NCBI GenBank assembly: GCA_025544715.1
Contig: GCA_025544715.1_4109.3
Length of the DNA stretch: 64,000 nt
Strand: one strand, 5' to 3'
DNA from: Escherichia coli
GTDB lineage: Bacteria; Pseudomonadota; Gammaproteobacteria; Enterobacterales; Enterobacteriaceae
Part shown: in pieces, positions 1 through 8,894 of the stretch
How the letters are laid out: the number at the start of each line of letters is the position of its first letter
Numbering within the stretch: the first letter of the stretch is position 1
Position numbers and translations under genes: made by a program
The notes under the pieces: generated by a model
Seen by the model: only the letters and a program-made list of their open reading frames with translations
Told to the model about the DNA's origin: nothing
The model's database searches: none

Positions 1-1
1 G

Positions 2-220
2 TTATTTTGAATTATACAAGCAGTACAGGTATACCAATGGAGTAAAATGTTCGGAATCTATTATATATATTAACTGAGTAACATATATTCCATATAGATC
101 TCGTGATTTATCTCTGTACATTAACAATGATTTATTTAAGTAAGGATCAACCCAGTACTTAATATCATTGTACTTCAACGTGTTGTTACGGTAACCTGAT
201 AGTTTTGAATTTTTATTCAA
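2..220 (-). CDS. hypothetical small protein (72 aa)
   Basis: Complete ORF with TAA stop at 2..4; C-terminal EHFxxLVxxYC motif shared with ORF 32687..32908. Confidence 0.4.
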   Translation of the reverse strand: MNKNSKLSGYRNNTLKYNDIKYWVDPYLNKSLLMYRDKSRDLYGIYVTQLIYIIDSEHFTPLVYLYCLYNSK

Positions 221-590
221 TTTTCTTACAATTACTCAGTAAGTGAATGATATCATCAGCAGTGAATGGTCCCAATACCAGAACTTCTTCACCATTACCG
301 AAAATGCTCAATGGTACTGATTGTTGACCAGCTAGATATTCAATTTGTTCCAGTTCGAAAATGTCATCAGCAGCATAAACTACCTGCTCCATTTCATTAT
401 CTTTAATCCATGACTGCCAATGTTCTTTAAACTTCTTAGCTTCGTATTCTTGAACATAGTTAGGTGATTCAGGGTTATATTGATGTAACATAGTCATCCC
501 AGCCATTACTAATTCTTTAGGGGATGGTGTAGAATCTTTCAGTACTACGATAGCTTGGATAGTTTTTACTTTAACGTCATTAGCAGCCAT
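213..590 (-). CDS. hypothetical protein (125 aa)
   Basis: ORF in same-strand operon; no motif recognised. Confidence 0.45.
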   Translation of the reverse strand: MAANDVKVKTIQAIVVLKDSTPSPKELVMAGMTMLHQYNPESPNYVQEYEAKKFKEHWQSWIKDNEMEQVVYAADDIFELEQIEYLAGQQSVPLSIFGNGEEVLVLGPFTADDIIHLLSNCKKIE

Positions 591-602
591 TATATACCTC
601 TA

Positions 603-920
603 TTATAGAATGATTTTATTCTCAGGAACGAAAACTTTTGGAGTGTTTTCGATTGCTTTAATAGCATCAACATAAGCATCAACTAATGCAGGGTTTGCAT
701 CACTAACACTAATAATGTTGGATTTATAAAAAATAACATTTTTCTCCATACTAACAAACTCTAGATAATCACGAAGAATGATTTCACCATTTTCGTCAGT
801 CCCTAGTTGTGCTGGGTAGTTAACTACAACAGCTTCAGCAGAATCGGTTTGAAGAACTGCTAGTACTGGGCCAATGTTATTGATGTTTAGTAGTTTAACG
901 GTCATAGTCATTTTTGTCAA
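603..920 (-). CDS. hypothetical protein (105 aa)
   Basis: ORF in operon context; no motif recognised. Confidence 0.45.
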   Translation of the reverse strand: MTKMTMTVKLLNINNIGPVLAVLQTDSAEAVVVNYPAQLGTDENGEIILRDYLEFVSMEKNVIFYKSNIISVSDANPALVDAYVDAIKAIENTPKVFVPENKIIL

Positions 921-930
921 GTCCTTTTGT

Positions 931-1407
931 TTATTTTAGAATATATAAGTGTTTTTCTGCATTGACCAGACGGTGATCAATGATTTCTTTGATAACGTTC
1001 CAGTTACCGCCGCCCAAATCGGCTCCAATTTTCGGGAAATGTACATGAACATCTCGATCAACTTTACAAAAATAATTTAGATGTTTGAACACATCGTCGA
1101 TTGCATCATAACTGACATATTTAGCACCGTCATTACCGTACATTTTTTGGGTAATACAGTTTGCAATAATCAAATTATCGTTAATTGCTGAATATGCAAT
1201 TTGTCCAATTCTAAGAAATCCCATTTCCTTTTCATATGCTTTATAATCATCATATGCCATTGGATAACGATTTCTTAGTTCTTTTGCAAAACCTGAACCC
1301 ATTTTACCCTGTGCGTTACAACCATGAGCAATTATATGTATTGCTGTTTTATCATCTGTTACAGTACTGAATAATTCAAACAGATTACCTCGGTGTTCAT
1401 GAATCAT
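931..1407 (-). CDS. macro-domain protein (ADP-ribose binding/processing)
   Basis: IIAHGCNAQGKMGSGFA and IGADLGGGNW resemble the two glycine-rich ADP-ribose-binding loops of macro domains. Confidence 0.55.
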   Translation of the reverse strand: MIHEHRGNLFELFSTVTDDKTAIHIIAHGCNAQGKMGSGFAKELRNRYPMAYDDYKAYEKEMGFLRIGQIAYSAINDNLIIANCITQKMYGNDGAKYVSYDAIDDVFKHLNYFCKVDRDVHVHFPKIGADLGGGNWNVIKEIIDHRLVNAEKHLYILK

Positions 1408-1425
1408 TATATTCTCCGAAAAGAA

Positions 1426-1449
1426 AGGACTCTGTGGTCAGAGTCCTTA
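1426..1449 (-). terminator. hairpin terminator after 1457..1714
   Basis: aggactctg/cagagtcct stem with T-run on the minus strand. Confidence 0.45.
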
Positions 1450-1456
1450 TTTTAAA

Positions 1457-1714
1457 TTATTCTTCTTCACCGAAACGGATTTTCTTTAATTCTTTTCGAT
1501 GCTTTCTAGCTATTGTACTTTTGTGAAGTCTATTACTGCGTTTTGTGTCTTTTGTAATGTACCATGAATCTTCTGGTGCATCATAATCACAAAATCCATC
1601 TTCCGTAATTGTTCCTAAAAATGCAGATTTTTTAGGAATATTAGTTTGAGCTTTAGCCTGAAATTGACCTTTTGCTAATTGTTCACGAAAACTGAGCATA
1701 ATAGTATCTCCCAA
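1457..1714 (-). CDS. hypothetical basic protein (85 aa)
   Basis: ORF; Lys/Arg-rich C-terminus. Confidence 0.45.
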   Translation of the reverse strand: MGDTIMLSFREQLAKGQFQAKAQTNIPKKSAFLGTITEDGFCDYDAPEDSWYITKDTKRSNRLHKSTIARKHRKELKKIRFGEEE

Positions 1715-1745
1715 ATTGTTAAGAAGAACTTTTTGTTCTTCACAT

Positions 1746-1997
1746 TTATTTAGGGTTGCCAGAAACCTTCACATATTTGATAAATGCCAAAATATCATCT
1801 TTACTAAAAGATTTTACAATAAATTCGACAGCGGAATCATACTGTTCTTGTTTAGATAGATATTCTTTCATCTTGTTAATTTTAATCTGGGCTTTTTCTT
1901 TAGCTATTGAAATATCAGGAATTTTGAACTCTACTCCCAACGTATCAGCTAGTTGTTTTGCACGAGATGATACTTTTTCAATATCCATTAGTTCCAA
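1746..1997 (-). CDS. hypothetical protein (83 aa)
   Basis: ORF in operon; chosen over overlapping plus-strand ORF 1756..2010. Confidence 0.4.
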   Translation of the reverse strand: MELMDIEKVSSRAKQLADTLGVEFKIPDISIAKEKAQIKINKMKEYLSKQEQYDSAVEFIVKSFSKDDILAFIKYVKVSGNPK

Positions 1998-2236
1998 CGA
2001 CCTTCTTTAAGACCTTCAATAAACCCAGTACAACCACCTGGTACATAAATGTCATTTACGAAAATTTGAGGAACTTGACGAACTGGTTCACCACAAATTT
2101 CAGACAGTTTTGAACCATCGATACCTTCAGCAACAATATCTACAAACTCCATTTCAAATTTATTTTGTTCACATACAGCTTTTGCAGTGTCGCAAAATTT
2201 ACAACCAGTCTTGCGACCATAAATTTTAACTTTCAT
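1988..2236 (-). CDS. nrdC: glutaredoxin / NrdC-like thioredoxin
   Basis: CKFC active-site CxxC near N-terminus, VPQIFV...GG motif, about 82 aa; resembles T4 NrdC. Confidence 0.7.
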   Translation of the reverse strand: MKVKIYGRKTGCKFCDTAKAVCEQNKFEMEFVDIVAEGIDGSKLSEICGEPVRQVPQIFVNDIYVPGGCTGFIEGLKEGRWN

Positions 2237-2237
2237 G

Positions 2238-2639
2238 TTATTTCCTTCTATTTCTTTGAAAAGCTTTAACAGCTTTAATAATACTGTTACACATTCGTTC
2301 AGTCAAATACTTTTGACATTCTCGTACATCAATGTACATGAACTTATCCAATTCTGGATGACTCTTACCATATCTATTAGTGTAAGTACTTTTACAAACT
2401 AATTCATCTGGTATTGGTTTGTCTTTGGCAGTATAAAAGAAAAGTACTAACCTTTTTCCCTTTCTATAGGATACATCACCAAGAAACAGAAGATCATCTT
2501 CATCGATTTCGTATCCTGTCTCTTCGAAACATTCACGTACAGCAGCTTCTTTGAAAGTTTCATTACCCTCAGCTTTCCCTTTAGGTAAATCCCAATGATT
2601 CTGTCCGTGTTGTATGTCCGATAAGTATCTGACCATCAC
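2238..2639 (-). CDS. Nudix hydrolase (short N-terminus)
   Basis: Nudix box GKAEGNETFKEAAVRECFEETGYEI; track start is GTG with ATG one codon downstream; only about 14 residues precede the box. Confidence 0.65.
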   Translation of the reverse strand: MMVRYLSDIQHGQNHWDLPKGKAEGNETFKEAAVRECFEETGYEIDEDDLLFLGDVSYRKGKRLVLFFYTAKDKPIPDELVCKSTYTNRYGKSHPELDKFMYIDVRECQKYLTERMCNSIIKAVKAFQRNRRK

Positions 2640-2746
2640 GATAAAATATTATACCACAACTATAACGCATATCTTATCTCTTTGTCATCAATCGATGTTC
2701 AGATACTAATAATTATATCAGTTATTGGTTTTTTGTCCCACTATTT

Positions 2747-3859
2747 TTAGAACATTTGTTTGATTGCTTCGTAACGAAGTTCACAAACAAAATCACGAAT
2801 TTCTGACGTTTCAAGTTCACCATCTTTAACCATTTGCTGAATATCAGGTAATTCAACATCAGTATAACGATCATAAACTTTAATAATTAGATCTTCAAGT
2901 TCTAAATCAATTTCTTTTCGCAAAATGAAGTATTCCAAAACTTTATAAAGGAATTCTTCACCTCCGTTATTTTTAATATTCATATCCAATAAAATATTAC
3001 CCATTTCAATTGGGGTCTTTTTACGGAATGTTTTGATATCATCACGGAAACGTTTGATATAATTACTAAATTTAACATACTTAACTGGAACTTTAATAGC
3101 ACCGTTAAGTACTGAATCATTATTTACTTCTTCATTTTCTAGAAGAATAGACCACAGAAAATATGGTTTATATACATCAGTACAGTTATCTGAAATATAA
3201 TCAATAAGGTCTAAATTCTTTTTGGTCAAAGATGTATTAAACACCTTTTCGTAATAACCAAATTTACTTAGCGTCTTAAGGAACTTTGAAGGCTTTTCTT
3301 CAGAAAATGCTTTTTCGAATTCCACAAAAACACGGTCAGGAACAAGATGATTTAGCTCACCACTATTGACCATTCCAATAGCGAGTTCCTCAGTGCTTTC
3401 ATGAATAGTAAAGTCTGAATAACGAGTAGCAAATCGAGCAAGACGTAACACGCGTAATGGATCTTCTTTAAAATGGTCAGAAACATGACGTAGTACCTTG
3501 TTCTTGATATCAGCTTTACCACCGTATGGATCGATGTGAATTTGTAGTACTGGATCATACGCAATTGCATTAATTGTAAGGTCACGGCGATACAAATCTT
3601 GTTCTAGTGTTACGCCTTTTGTATCCACTTCAAAGCCACCATATCCAGTACCAGTTTTACGCTCAGTACGGGCTAATGCGTGTTCATTACCTTCTGGACT
3701 TAGATATACTGGGAAATCCTTACCTACTTGCTTATAGCCAATACTTTGCAAGTACTTAAGATCAGATTCGGATGCACCAACAATGACATAATCTTTGTCT
3801 TTTGCACGAAGACCCATTAAACGGTCACGGACGTAACCGCCAACCAAATACTTTTTCAT
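2747..3859 (-). CDS. cca: CCA-adding tRNA nucleotidyltransferase
   Basis: N-terminal GGYVRDRLMG...DKDYVIVG head-domain motif of class II tRNA nucleotidyltransferases; 370 aa. Confidence 0.75.
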   Translation of the reverse strand: MKKYLVGGYVRDRLMGLRAKDKDYVIVGASESDLKYLQSIGYKQVGKDFPVYLSPEGNEHALARTERKTGTGYGGFEVDTKGVTLEQDLYRRDLTINAIAYDPVLQIHIDPYGGKADIKNKVLRHVSDHFKEDPLRVLRLARFATRYSDFTIHESTEELAIGMVNSGELNHLVPDRVFVEFEKAFSEEKPSKFLKTLSKFGYYEKVFNTSLTKKNLDLIDYISDNCTDVYKPYFLWSILLENEEVNNDSVLNGAIKVPVKYVKFSNYIKRFRDDIKTFRKKTPIEMGNILLDMNIKNNGGEEFLYKVLEYFILRKEIDLELEDLIIKVYDRYTDVELPDIQQMVKDGELETSEIRDFVCELRYEAIKQMF

Positions 3860-3860
3860 G

Positions 3861-3983
3861 TTATTCCCCCATCAACCAATCACGTAGACGTTCCCAGAAG
3901 CCTTTTGGTTGGTATTCTGGGTATTCATATTCATCAGTGCCTTGCTCGGAAACACCCCAATCTTCTTCTAGCATAGCAATCAT
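3861..3983 (-). CDS. small acidic protein (40 aa), not in ORF track
   Basis: ATG preceded by GGAGG 5 nt upstream; MIAMLEEDWGVSEQGTDEYEYPEYQPKGFWERLRDWLMGE; fills the gap between flanking genes. Confidence 0.4.
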   Translation of the reverse strand: MIAMLEEDWGVSEQGTDEYEYPEYQPKGFWERLRDWLMGE

Positions 3984-3994
3984 AATGCCTCCAA

Positions 3995-4417
3995 TTAAAT
4001 TAATCTGTCACGTAGACGGTCGTAATATTTTTTGTGTATAGCTAGTATACACTGATATGCAGAATAGTCAATACCAAATGTATCATCAATGAACATGTAC
4101 TGATCAAGTGTTTCGGGTCCATTATCATCAACTGGTAATGTCCCTTCTTTTTTTGATAGTGTGTGCCACATCAACTCACTTTCAATATGGTGAGTTGCGT
4201 ATGTCAATTCTATCTTACTTTTTCGTAGTAAAATTAACAATTCATCATTGTCGTCGAGTGCATTACGAAATTTAATACGAACTGTACCCTGGAAATTATT
4301 AGTGTACATAACACGATGATGATTGTATGAAATCAAACCACGCCTTTCAGTACTGATTTCGTGTTCAGCAAAGTACTTTAACGTTTCATTAAATTTTGGA
4401 ATTTTAGTAACGTCCAA
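3995..4417 (-). CDS. hypothetical protein, tandem paralog A (140 aa)
   Basis: C-terminal FIDDTFGIDYSAYQ matches FIEDTFGIDFDTYQ of the adjacent ORF. Confidence 0.5.
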   Translation of the reverse strand: MDVTKIPKFNETLKYFAEHEISTERRGLISYNHHRVMYTNNFQGTVRIKFRNALDDNDELLILLRKSKIELTYATHHIESELMWHTLSKKEGTLPVDDNGPETLDQYMFIDDTFGIDYSAYQCILAIHKKYYDRLRDRLI

Positions 4418-4820
4418 TCACATAATCCTCATAAAGTTCGTATACCCTCATTATACTCTGATATGTATCAAAGTCAATACCAAAGGTATCCTCAATGAAC
4501 TGATATTGCAAAAACTCTTCCTCTGTGGCAGCAATAGGAAGAGTCCCGTTTCGTTGTTCTGGGGATTGAACATCCTCAATATACATCAACACTATACCTT
4601 CATCCAGATTTATATCTATCATAAAAACATCTTCACTATAAAATATGTTATATGTACGGATGAAGAGATTTCCTGTTCTATCATAACTTGACACGTGTGT
4701 TTCATAATACATTTTATCTAAACTAAAGAACAAACCTGTACTATCTGGCTTTTTAGTATTTTTTAATTTAATTTCGATAGCATCAATAATAGGTTTAATA
4801 TCAAACTTTTTCATAGACAA
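4404..4820 (-). CDS. hypothetical protein, tandem paralog B (138 aa)
   Basis: Paralog of 3995..4417. Confidence 0.5.
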   Translation of the reverse strand: MSMKKFDIKPIIDAIEIKLKNTKKPDSTGLFFSLDKMYYETHVSSYDRTGNLFIRTYNIFYSEDVFMIDINLDEGIVLMYIEDVQSPEQRNGTLPIAATEEEFLQYQFIEDTFGIDFDTYQSIMRVYELYEDYVIGRY

Positions 4821-4996
4821 ATCACATACTTATTACTATGTGGGTCGTAACAATATGAATCATTTACCTTAATACCAGGCTTAAGTTCAATAGTTGTTCC
4901 TGTTTCAGTACTGGATTCCGCATCACAGTAAATCATCACACCAACTCCTGCGAGTAATGCTACGATACATACAATTACACCAATGGTATATTCCAT
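4811..4996 (-). CDS. small membrane protein (61 aa)
   Basis: Single hydrophobic helix IGVIVCIVALLAGVGVMIY. Confidence 0.4.
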   Translation of the reverse strand: MEYTIGVIVCIVALLAGVGVMIYCDAESSTETGTTIELKPGIKVNDSYCYDPHSNKYVICL

Positions 4997-5009
4997 TTCA
5001 ATTCCTCGG

Positions 5010-5405
5010 TTATAAAAAGTAATTATACATTTTATTGTACAATATAAAAAGATCTTTCACATTATCATAAGTAATATCAGATACATCATGAATTAATGAT
5101 AACTGAAAAAATGAAGCTTCGTCTATTTCTGCTGGAATTATAACATCACCATCGTCTTCGTCCATTTTATTAGTGTAGTATTTTATGTGATCTACATTCA
5201 ACTCAATAGAGAACGCAATGTTGGTTTTTGTATAATCTTCAATTAATCCAATATATTGAGATTTTTCATTAATAAAAAATCCAATCCCAATACAACGGTT
5301 ATCTGTATATGGATAGTACCATCTATTAATAACTAGGTGTTCAGGTAAGTCCATATCATGTGTTGATATTAGAGATTTTACAATTTCCATCCAGGAATAA
5401 TTCAT
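5010..5405 (-). CDS. hypothetical protein (131 aa)
   Basis: ORF; GGAG RBS after upstream terminator. Confidence 0.45.
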   Translation of the reverse strand: MNYSWMEIVKSLISTHDMDLPEHLVINRWYYPYTDNRCIGIGFFINEKSQYIGLIEDYTKTNIAFSIELNVDHIKYYTNKMDEDDGDVIIPAEIDEASFFQLSLIHDVSDITYDNVKDLFILYNKMYNYFL

Positions 5406-5420
5406 AATTAAAACTCCATA

Positions 5421-5447
5421 AGAAAAGGGACAGAATTAATCTGTCCC
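5421..5447 (-). terminator. hairpin terminator after hpf-like gene
   Basis: gggacag/ctgtccc stem, 7-nt loop, short T-run on minus strand. Confidence 0.4.
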
Positions 5448-5458
5448 TTTAGTCTATA

Positions 5459-5791
5459 TTACTCTTCGTTTTCTGTCAAATCATCAAGAACTGGGTGTTC
5501 TGGATGGTTTCGGCGGTGTAATTTAATGCTTTTGTCTTTACTGAATACAGTTTCCATCTTATCAAAAGATTCAACAATTGCTTTATACAAATCAGCATCA
5601 TCAGCAGTGACTGATTTACTACCAGCAGTTAAAGTTACAGCATATTGAGTTTTATGCTCTTTCTTAACATGAACACCAATGTCTAGTACTGAAGAAGTAC
5701 GGTACTTATCCAGACTTTTTGCTTCATTGTAAATAGCATCTTGGATTGCTGGAGTGATATCAACGTTGCCTTGAATATTTAGATTTAGCAT
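5459..5791 (-). CDS. hpf: ribosome hibernation factor (HPF/RaiA family) homolog
   Basis: MLNLNIQGNVDITPAIQDAI and DLYKAIVESFDKME resemble the N-terminus and helix of YfiA/HPF; strong AAGGAAGGTGA RBS. Confidence 0.6.
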   Translation of the reverse strand: MLNLNIQGNVDITPAIQDAIYNEAKSLDKYRTSSVLDIGVHVKKEHKTQYAVTLTAGSKSVTADDADLYKAIVESFDKMETVFSKDKSIKLHRRNHPEHPVLDDLTENEE

Positions 5792-5807
5792 ATTTCACCT
5801 TCCTTTT

Positions 5808-6734
5808 TTAGAGTGAACTTAACAACAAATCTGCTCGGTTTGTAACTTGACGATACCATAAGGAATTCATGATTTCTTTTTTAAATTTCTTAGGGTTATC
5901 ATTTTTTACGCTTTTCCAAAGCTTATTAAACGTAGCCAATTTATCGACACCCATTGTATAGGACATTTCAAAAAGAATACGTTGTTGTTCTTTGGTCAGA
6001 TTTACTGCTTCTTTTTTCTGCATCAACAATAAAAAGTCATTATATGTTCTTTTCATATCTTGCATTAAAAGTTTATTGGCTTGAGCTTTGGTAATACCGT
6101 TTCTGTACTTAATCGCATCAGATTCTTTTCTACCCAAATAATGCCCATAACCTATTGTATAATTACCTTTCATGTCCTTGTAGGGATGAAATTTAGAATT
6201 GTGGAAAGGAACTCCGACTTTCCCACCAAGTAAACGGCGTTTGTTCTTGGACTGAAATTCAATTGAACCTTCAGCTTCTTTGATGTGATTGACAATTTCT
6301 GGATCATTATAATCAAACAGTACAGTCACATCTGGTAACAATACGTTCTTCAAATCCTCTTTTGTTGGGATAAAGATACCCTGAGAAGTATGAAGAGTAG
6401 CATTTAAATTGATATTTTTCAACAAAATAACATACTCTTCAAGTTGTACATTTTTAGGTTTAAACTTTTTAGCAATAGAATAATAACTATCACCAGGTTG
6501 AACCGTATAATGCTTCTCGCCGCGTGGAACATCCTTTGATATTTCTACCTTTGGTAATTCCTGCTTTTGAATTTGCGTAACTTGTGGTTTTAAATTGTGT
6601 ACCTGACTTTCGTCCGATGATGATACACGATCATTTTGAGAAAAACCATAAAATCCAATCGCAGCGACAAGTACTGTGCAAACTAGAACACCATAAGTAG
6701 TCTTAGTTTTCAGTGCTTTTTTCGCTTGTTTCAA
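5808..6734 (-). CDS. endolysin: signal-anchor + LysM + T4-type lysozyme
   Basis: N-terminal TM, LysM-like HYTVQPGDSYYSIAKKF, C-terminal GNYTIGYGHYL and WYRQVTNRA matching T4 lysozyme; start re-assigned to TTG with GGAGG RBS (track start 6767 is also TTG). Confidence 0.65.
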   Translation of the reverse strand: MKQAKKALKTKTTYGVLVCTVLVAAIGFYGFSQNDRVSSSDESQVHNLKPQVTQIQKQELPKVEISKDVPRGEKHYTVQPGDSYYSIAKKFKPKNVQLEEYVILLKNINLNATLHTSQGIFIPTKEDLKNVLLPDVTVLFDYNDPEIVNHIKEAEGSIEFQSKNKRRLLGGKVGVPFHNSKFHPYKDMKGNYTIGYGHYLGRKESDAIKYRNGITKAQANKLLMQDMKRTYNDFLLLMQKKEAVNLTKEQQRILFEMSYTMGVDKLATFNKLWKSVKNDNPKKFKKEIMNSLWYRQVTNRADLLLSSL

Positions 6735-6902
6735 AACGCCTCCTTTGTTGATTGTTAAGATGGGCAATCACAAAGATGGCAAAGAGGCCATTTGCAAAAG
6801 CCTCATCGGACTTTCTACAGTACAAAAACGTTCTTTTCAAATGTTTAAGTAGTATAGCATATTTTTATTTTATTACAAGACATATTTACTGTAAAAACCA
6901 CA

Positions 6903-7313
6903 TTAATCGTAGTAGGTTCTACCTACAGTTATGTGATATTTAAAGTACTTGGTTGGTAGTCCTAGTTCGTTTCTAATGTGTGTGATGAAATCATCTTCAA
7001 ATTCAATGATAAAGAATGAACCTGGATTCTTTTTATCTTTTACTATCTCAATAGAAGGATTGAACTTTATCTTTACTTTCATTCCATCGTATTTTTTCCA
7101 GAACTCTTCATGTGGTGGTACTTCACCACGCACTATACTAACATGTGCTCCCCATTGAGGATCTTTAACATCAATATGTAAATCAGTTCTGATGAAGTAC
7201 TGGTAGTATCTAACCAACTGTAATGGAAGTTGTAGTACTAACCAGAAGTCCTTCTTCTTTTTCATAGTGCCACGATCTGGATCATACACCAGAGTTCCTT
7301 CCATTTCAATCAT
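6903..7313 (-). CDS. 2H-phosphoesterase-fold protein (LigT/Acb1-like)
   Basis: Two H-x-[ST]-x motifs, HVSI at His57 and HITV at His127, about 70 residues apart; 136 aa. Confidence 0.45.
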   Translation of the reverse strand: MIEMEGTLVYDPDRGTMKKKKDFWLVLQLPLQLVRYYQYFIRTDLHIDVKDPQWGAHVSIVRGEVPPHEEFWKKYDGMKVKIKFNPSIEIVKDKKNPGSFFIIEFEDDFITHIRNELGLPTKYFKYHITVGRTYYD

Positions 7314-7320
7314 ATGTTAC

Positions 7321-7524
7321 CTATAAAATTACATATATGTTTTTATTTTCAATACGAACATATGTTTCCAAAACATCTTTCGGAATTTTATTACTTGTTT
7401 TGAACCATGTAGTATTCTCTACTAAAACAAAAGTTTCACCTTCAGTTTCACCAAATGTACTTAGTGCATAAATGAAGTAATTGGGTGATGCACTACAATA
7501 TATATCAGCATTAATTTCAATCAT
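7321..7524 (-). CDS. hypothetical protein (67 aa)
   Basis: ORF, operon context. Confidence 0.4.
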   Translation of the reverse strand: MIEINADIYCSASPNYFIYALSTFGETEGETFVLVENTTWFKTSNKIPKDVLETYVRIENKNIYVIL

Positions 7525-7527
7525 ATG

Positions 7528-7659
7528 TTACACCACAATAAAGCTTAATACAACGAGTGTAATAAACACACCCACGATGGCAGTCATTTCTGGGTTTGCA
7601 TCATATGTATAGCGTATACATTTTAGAAAATCTTTACCAAATTTCTTTAGTCCATTCAT
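7528..7659 (-). CDS. small membrane protein (43 aa), not in ORF track
   Basis: ATG with AAGGAAAA RBS; C-terminal TM AIVGVFITLVVLSFIVV; stop abuts next start. Confidence 0.4.
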   Translation of the reverse strand: MNGLKKFGKDFLKCIRYTYDANPEMTAIVGVFITLVVLSFIVV

Positions 7660-7670
7660 ATATTTTCCTT

Positions 7671-8027
7671 TTATTTCTTGTGTAAAGGTTCATCACTTTC
7701 ATAATAAATTGTATCATTATTTCGCTCTATAGTAAAGCTCTTTTGACACAACTCTTCAGCTAAACCCTTTGCATAGTTTAATACATCTCGGTTGAGATAT
7801 ACTTCTTCTTTTGGAAAGCGTGGGTACTGAATAATACGAGCACACATCCCACTTTCAAGACCACCCGTGTAGATGTATTCACACGGAATCAATTGTACAC
7901 AAAAACCAAGATTGAATGCAAACTTTCTTGTGTACTCTCTTGCTGTTTGAATATCACCAGCAATATGGATATTCCAGTACTGTGTCTCCACTGTACCTTT
8001 ATCGATGTATTTCATACTCATCTCCAA
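7671..8027 (-). CDS. hypothetical protein (118 aa)
   Basis: ORF. Confidence 0.45.
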   Translation of the reverse strand: MEMSMKYIDKGTVETQYWNIHIAGDIQTAREYTRKFAFNLGFCVQLIPCEYIYTGGLESGMCARIIQYPRFPKEEVYLNRDVLNYAKGLAEELCQKSFTIERNNDTIYYESDEPLHKK

Positions 8028-8044
8028 TTATAGCACTAAAAATC

Positions 8045-8434
8045 TCACTTTCCCAACTCTTCTATGATTCTTTTTATTGAATCATGATTTTCCAGACATA
8101 AAGTACTGTAATTTCTGCCAGTTTTTTCATTGAGGTCGTCGATTTCAATCATAAGATATCCATATGTAATATCTTGAACCCTACTTCGTTTTACCCTTGA
8201 GTACAGCTTGATTGGTACTGATACACGAGTATTCAAAAACAATTCAGATAAATCATAACGATACACCAGGTATTCATTCTTGTAACGCTTACGACTGTAA
8301 GATTCTAAACACTGCGGATAACGTCTATCAAAAATACTGGTCCTTAGCTGAAGATTCATCGGATCTAACTTATGTGAGTAATATTTTTTAATTATTTTCT
8401 CAAAACGCTTAATGTGACGTTTCTTCCATCTCAT
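8045..8434 (-). CDS. hypothetical basic protein (129 aa)
   Basis: ORF. Confidence 0.45.
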   Translation of the reverse strand: MRWKKRHIKRFEKIIKKYYSHKLDPMNLQLRTSIFDRRYPQCLESYSRKRYKNEYLVYRYDLSELFLNTRVSVPIKLYSRVKRSRVQDITYGYLMIEIDDLNEKTGRNYSTLCLENHDSIKRIIEELGK

Positions 8435-8883
8435 GTTCTAACTCCTTTCAATAATACAATAGGAAAATACTGTGTATCTGTATCAGAAATACTATTACAG
8501 TACTCAATAATTTCTTGATGGAGTGTGTTTATATAAATGCTAGGATATGGAATTGGTGTTTGTATTAGTCCAGAACTATAAACACAATCAGTTCTTTGAC
8601 AATCAATATAGTGTGTTGTCGGTATACCTTTACCACGTTCCTCAACTACAATTGAGTACGTGTCAGCAATAAAAATGAACGCATTGTTAATTGATACATA
8701 TTGGAGGGAATACACATCATCATGAACTTCAATCAAAGGACCATCAAAATTCATCAATACCGAACGGCGATATCCTAACACATCACTCATTGCATCGAAC
8801 TGTTCCTGTGATGAAAGATAACAAAAACACGTATCACGACATACGTCAATAAAACGCTTAAATGTTTCTGTTTCTATAAGCAT
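8431..8883 (-). CDS. hypothetical protein (150 aa)
   Basis: Start moved to internal ATG with AAGGAA RBS downstream of a hairpin/T-run; track start 8928. Confidence 0.45.
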   Translation of the reverse strand: MLIETETFKRFIDVCRDTCFCYLSSQEQFDAMSDVLGYRRSVLMNFDGPLIEVHDDVYSLQYVSINNAFIFIADTYSIVVEERGKGIPTTHYIDCQRTDCVYSSGLIQTPIPYPSIYINTLHQEIIEYCNSISDTDTQYFPIVLLKGVRT

Positions 8884-8894
8884 ATAATTTTCCT

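Noticed and set aside
2640-2746. Promoter upstream of the Nudix gene (TGGTATAAT at 2649..2657)
   Set aside because: The -10 would place the transcription start within a few nt of the start codon with no room for an RBS; no -35; could be chance in AT-rich DNA.
3352-3585. Minus-strand ORFs nested in alternative frames (3352..3585, 29537..29809, 49715..49897, 51052..51354, 57628..57882, 57910..58113, 61094..61363)
   Set aside because: Fully contained within longer, better-supported genes on the same strand.
3802-4041. Plus-strand ORFs overlapping minus-strand genes (e.g. 3802..4041, 4323..4691, 10956..11258, 25653..25979, 29569..29883, 37393..37701, 49076..49501, 49741..50067, 54938..55231, 57812..58102, 62384..62662)
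   Set aside because: Antisense shadows of AT-rich coding regions; low-complexity products and no RBS/promoter context.
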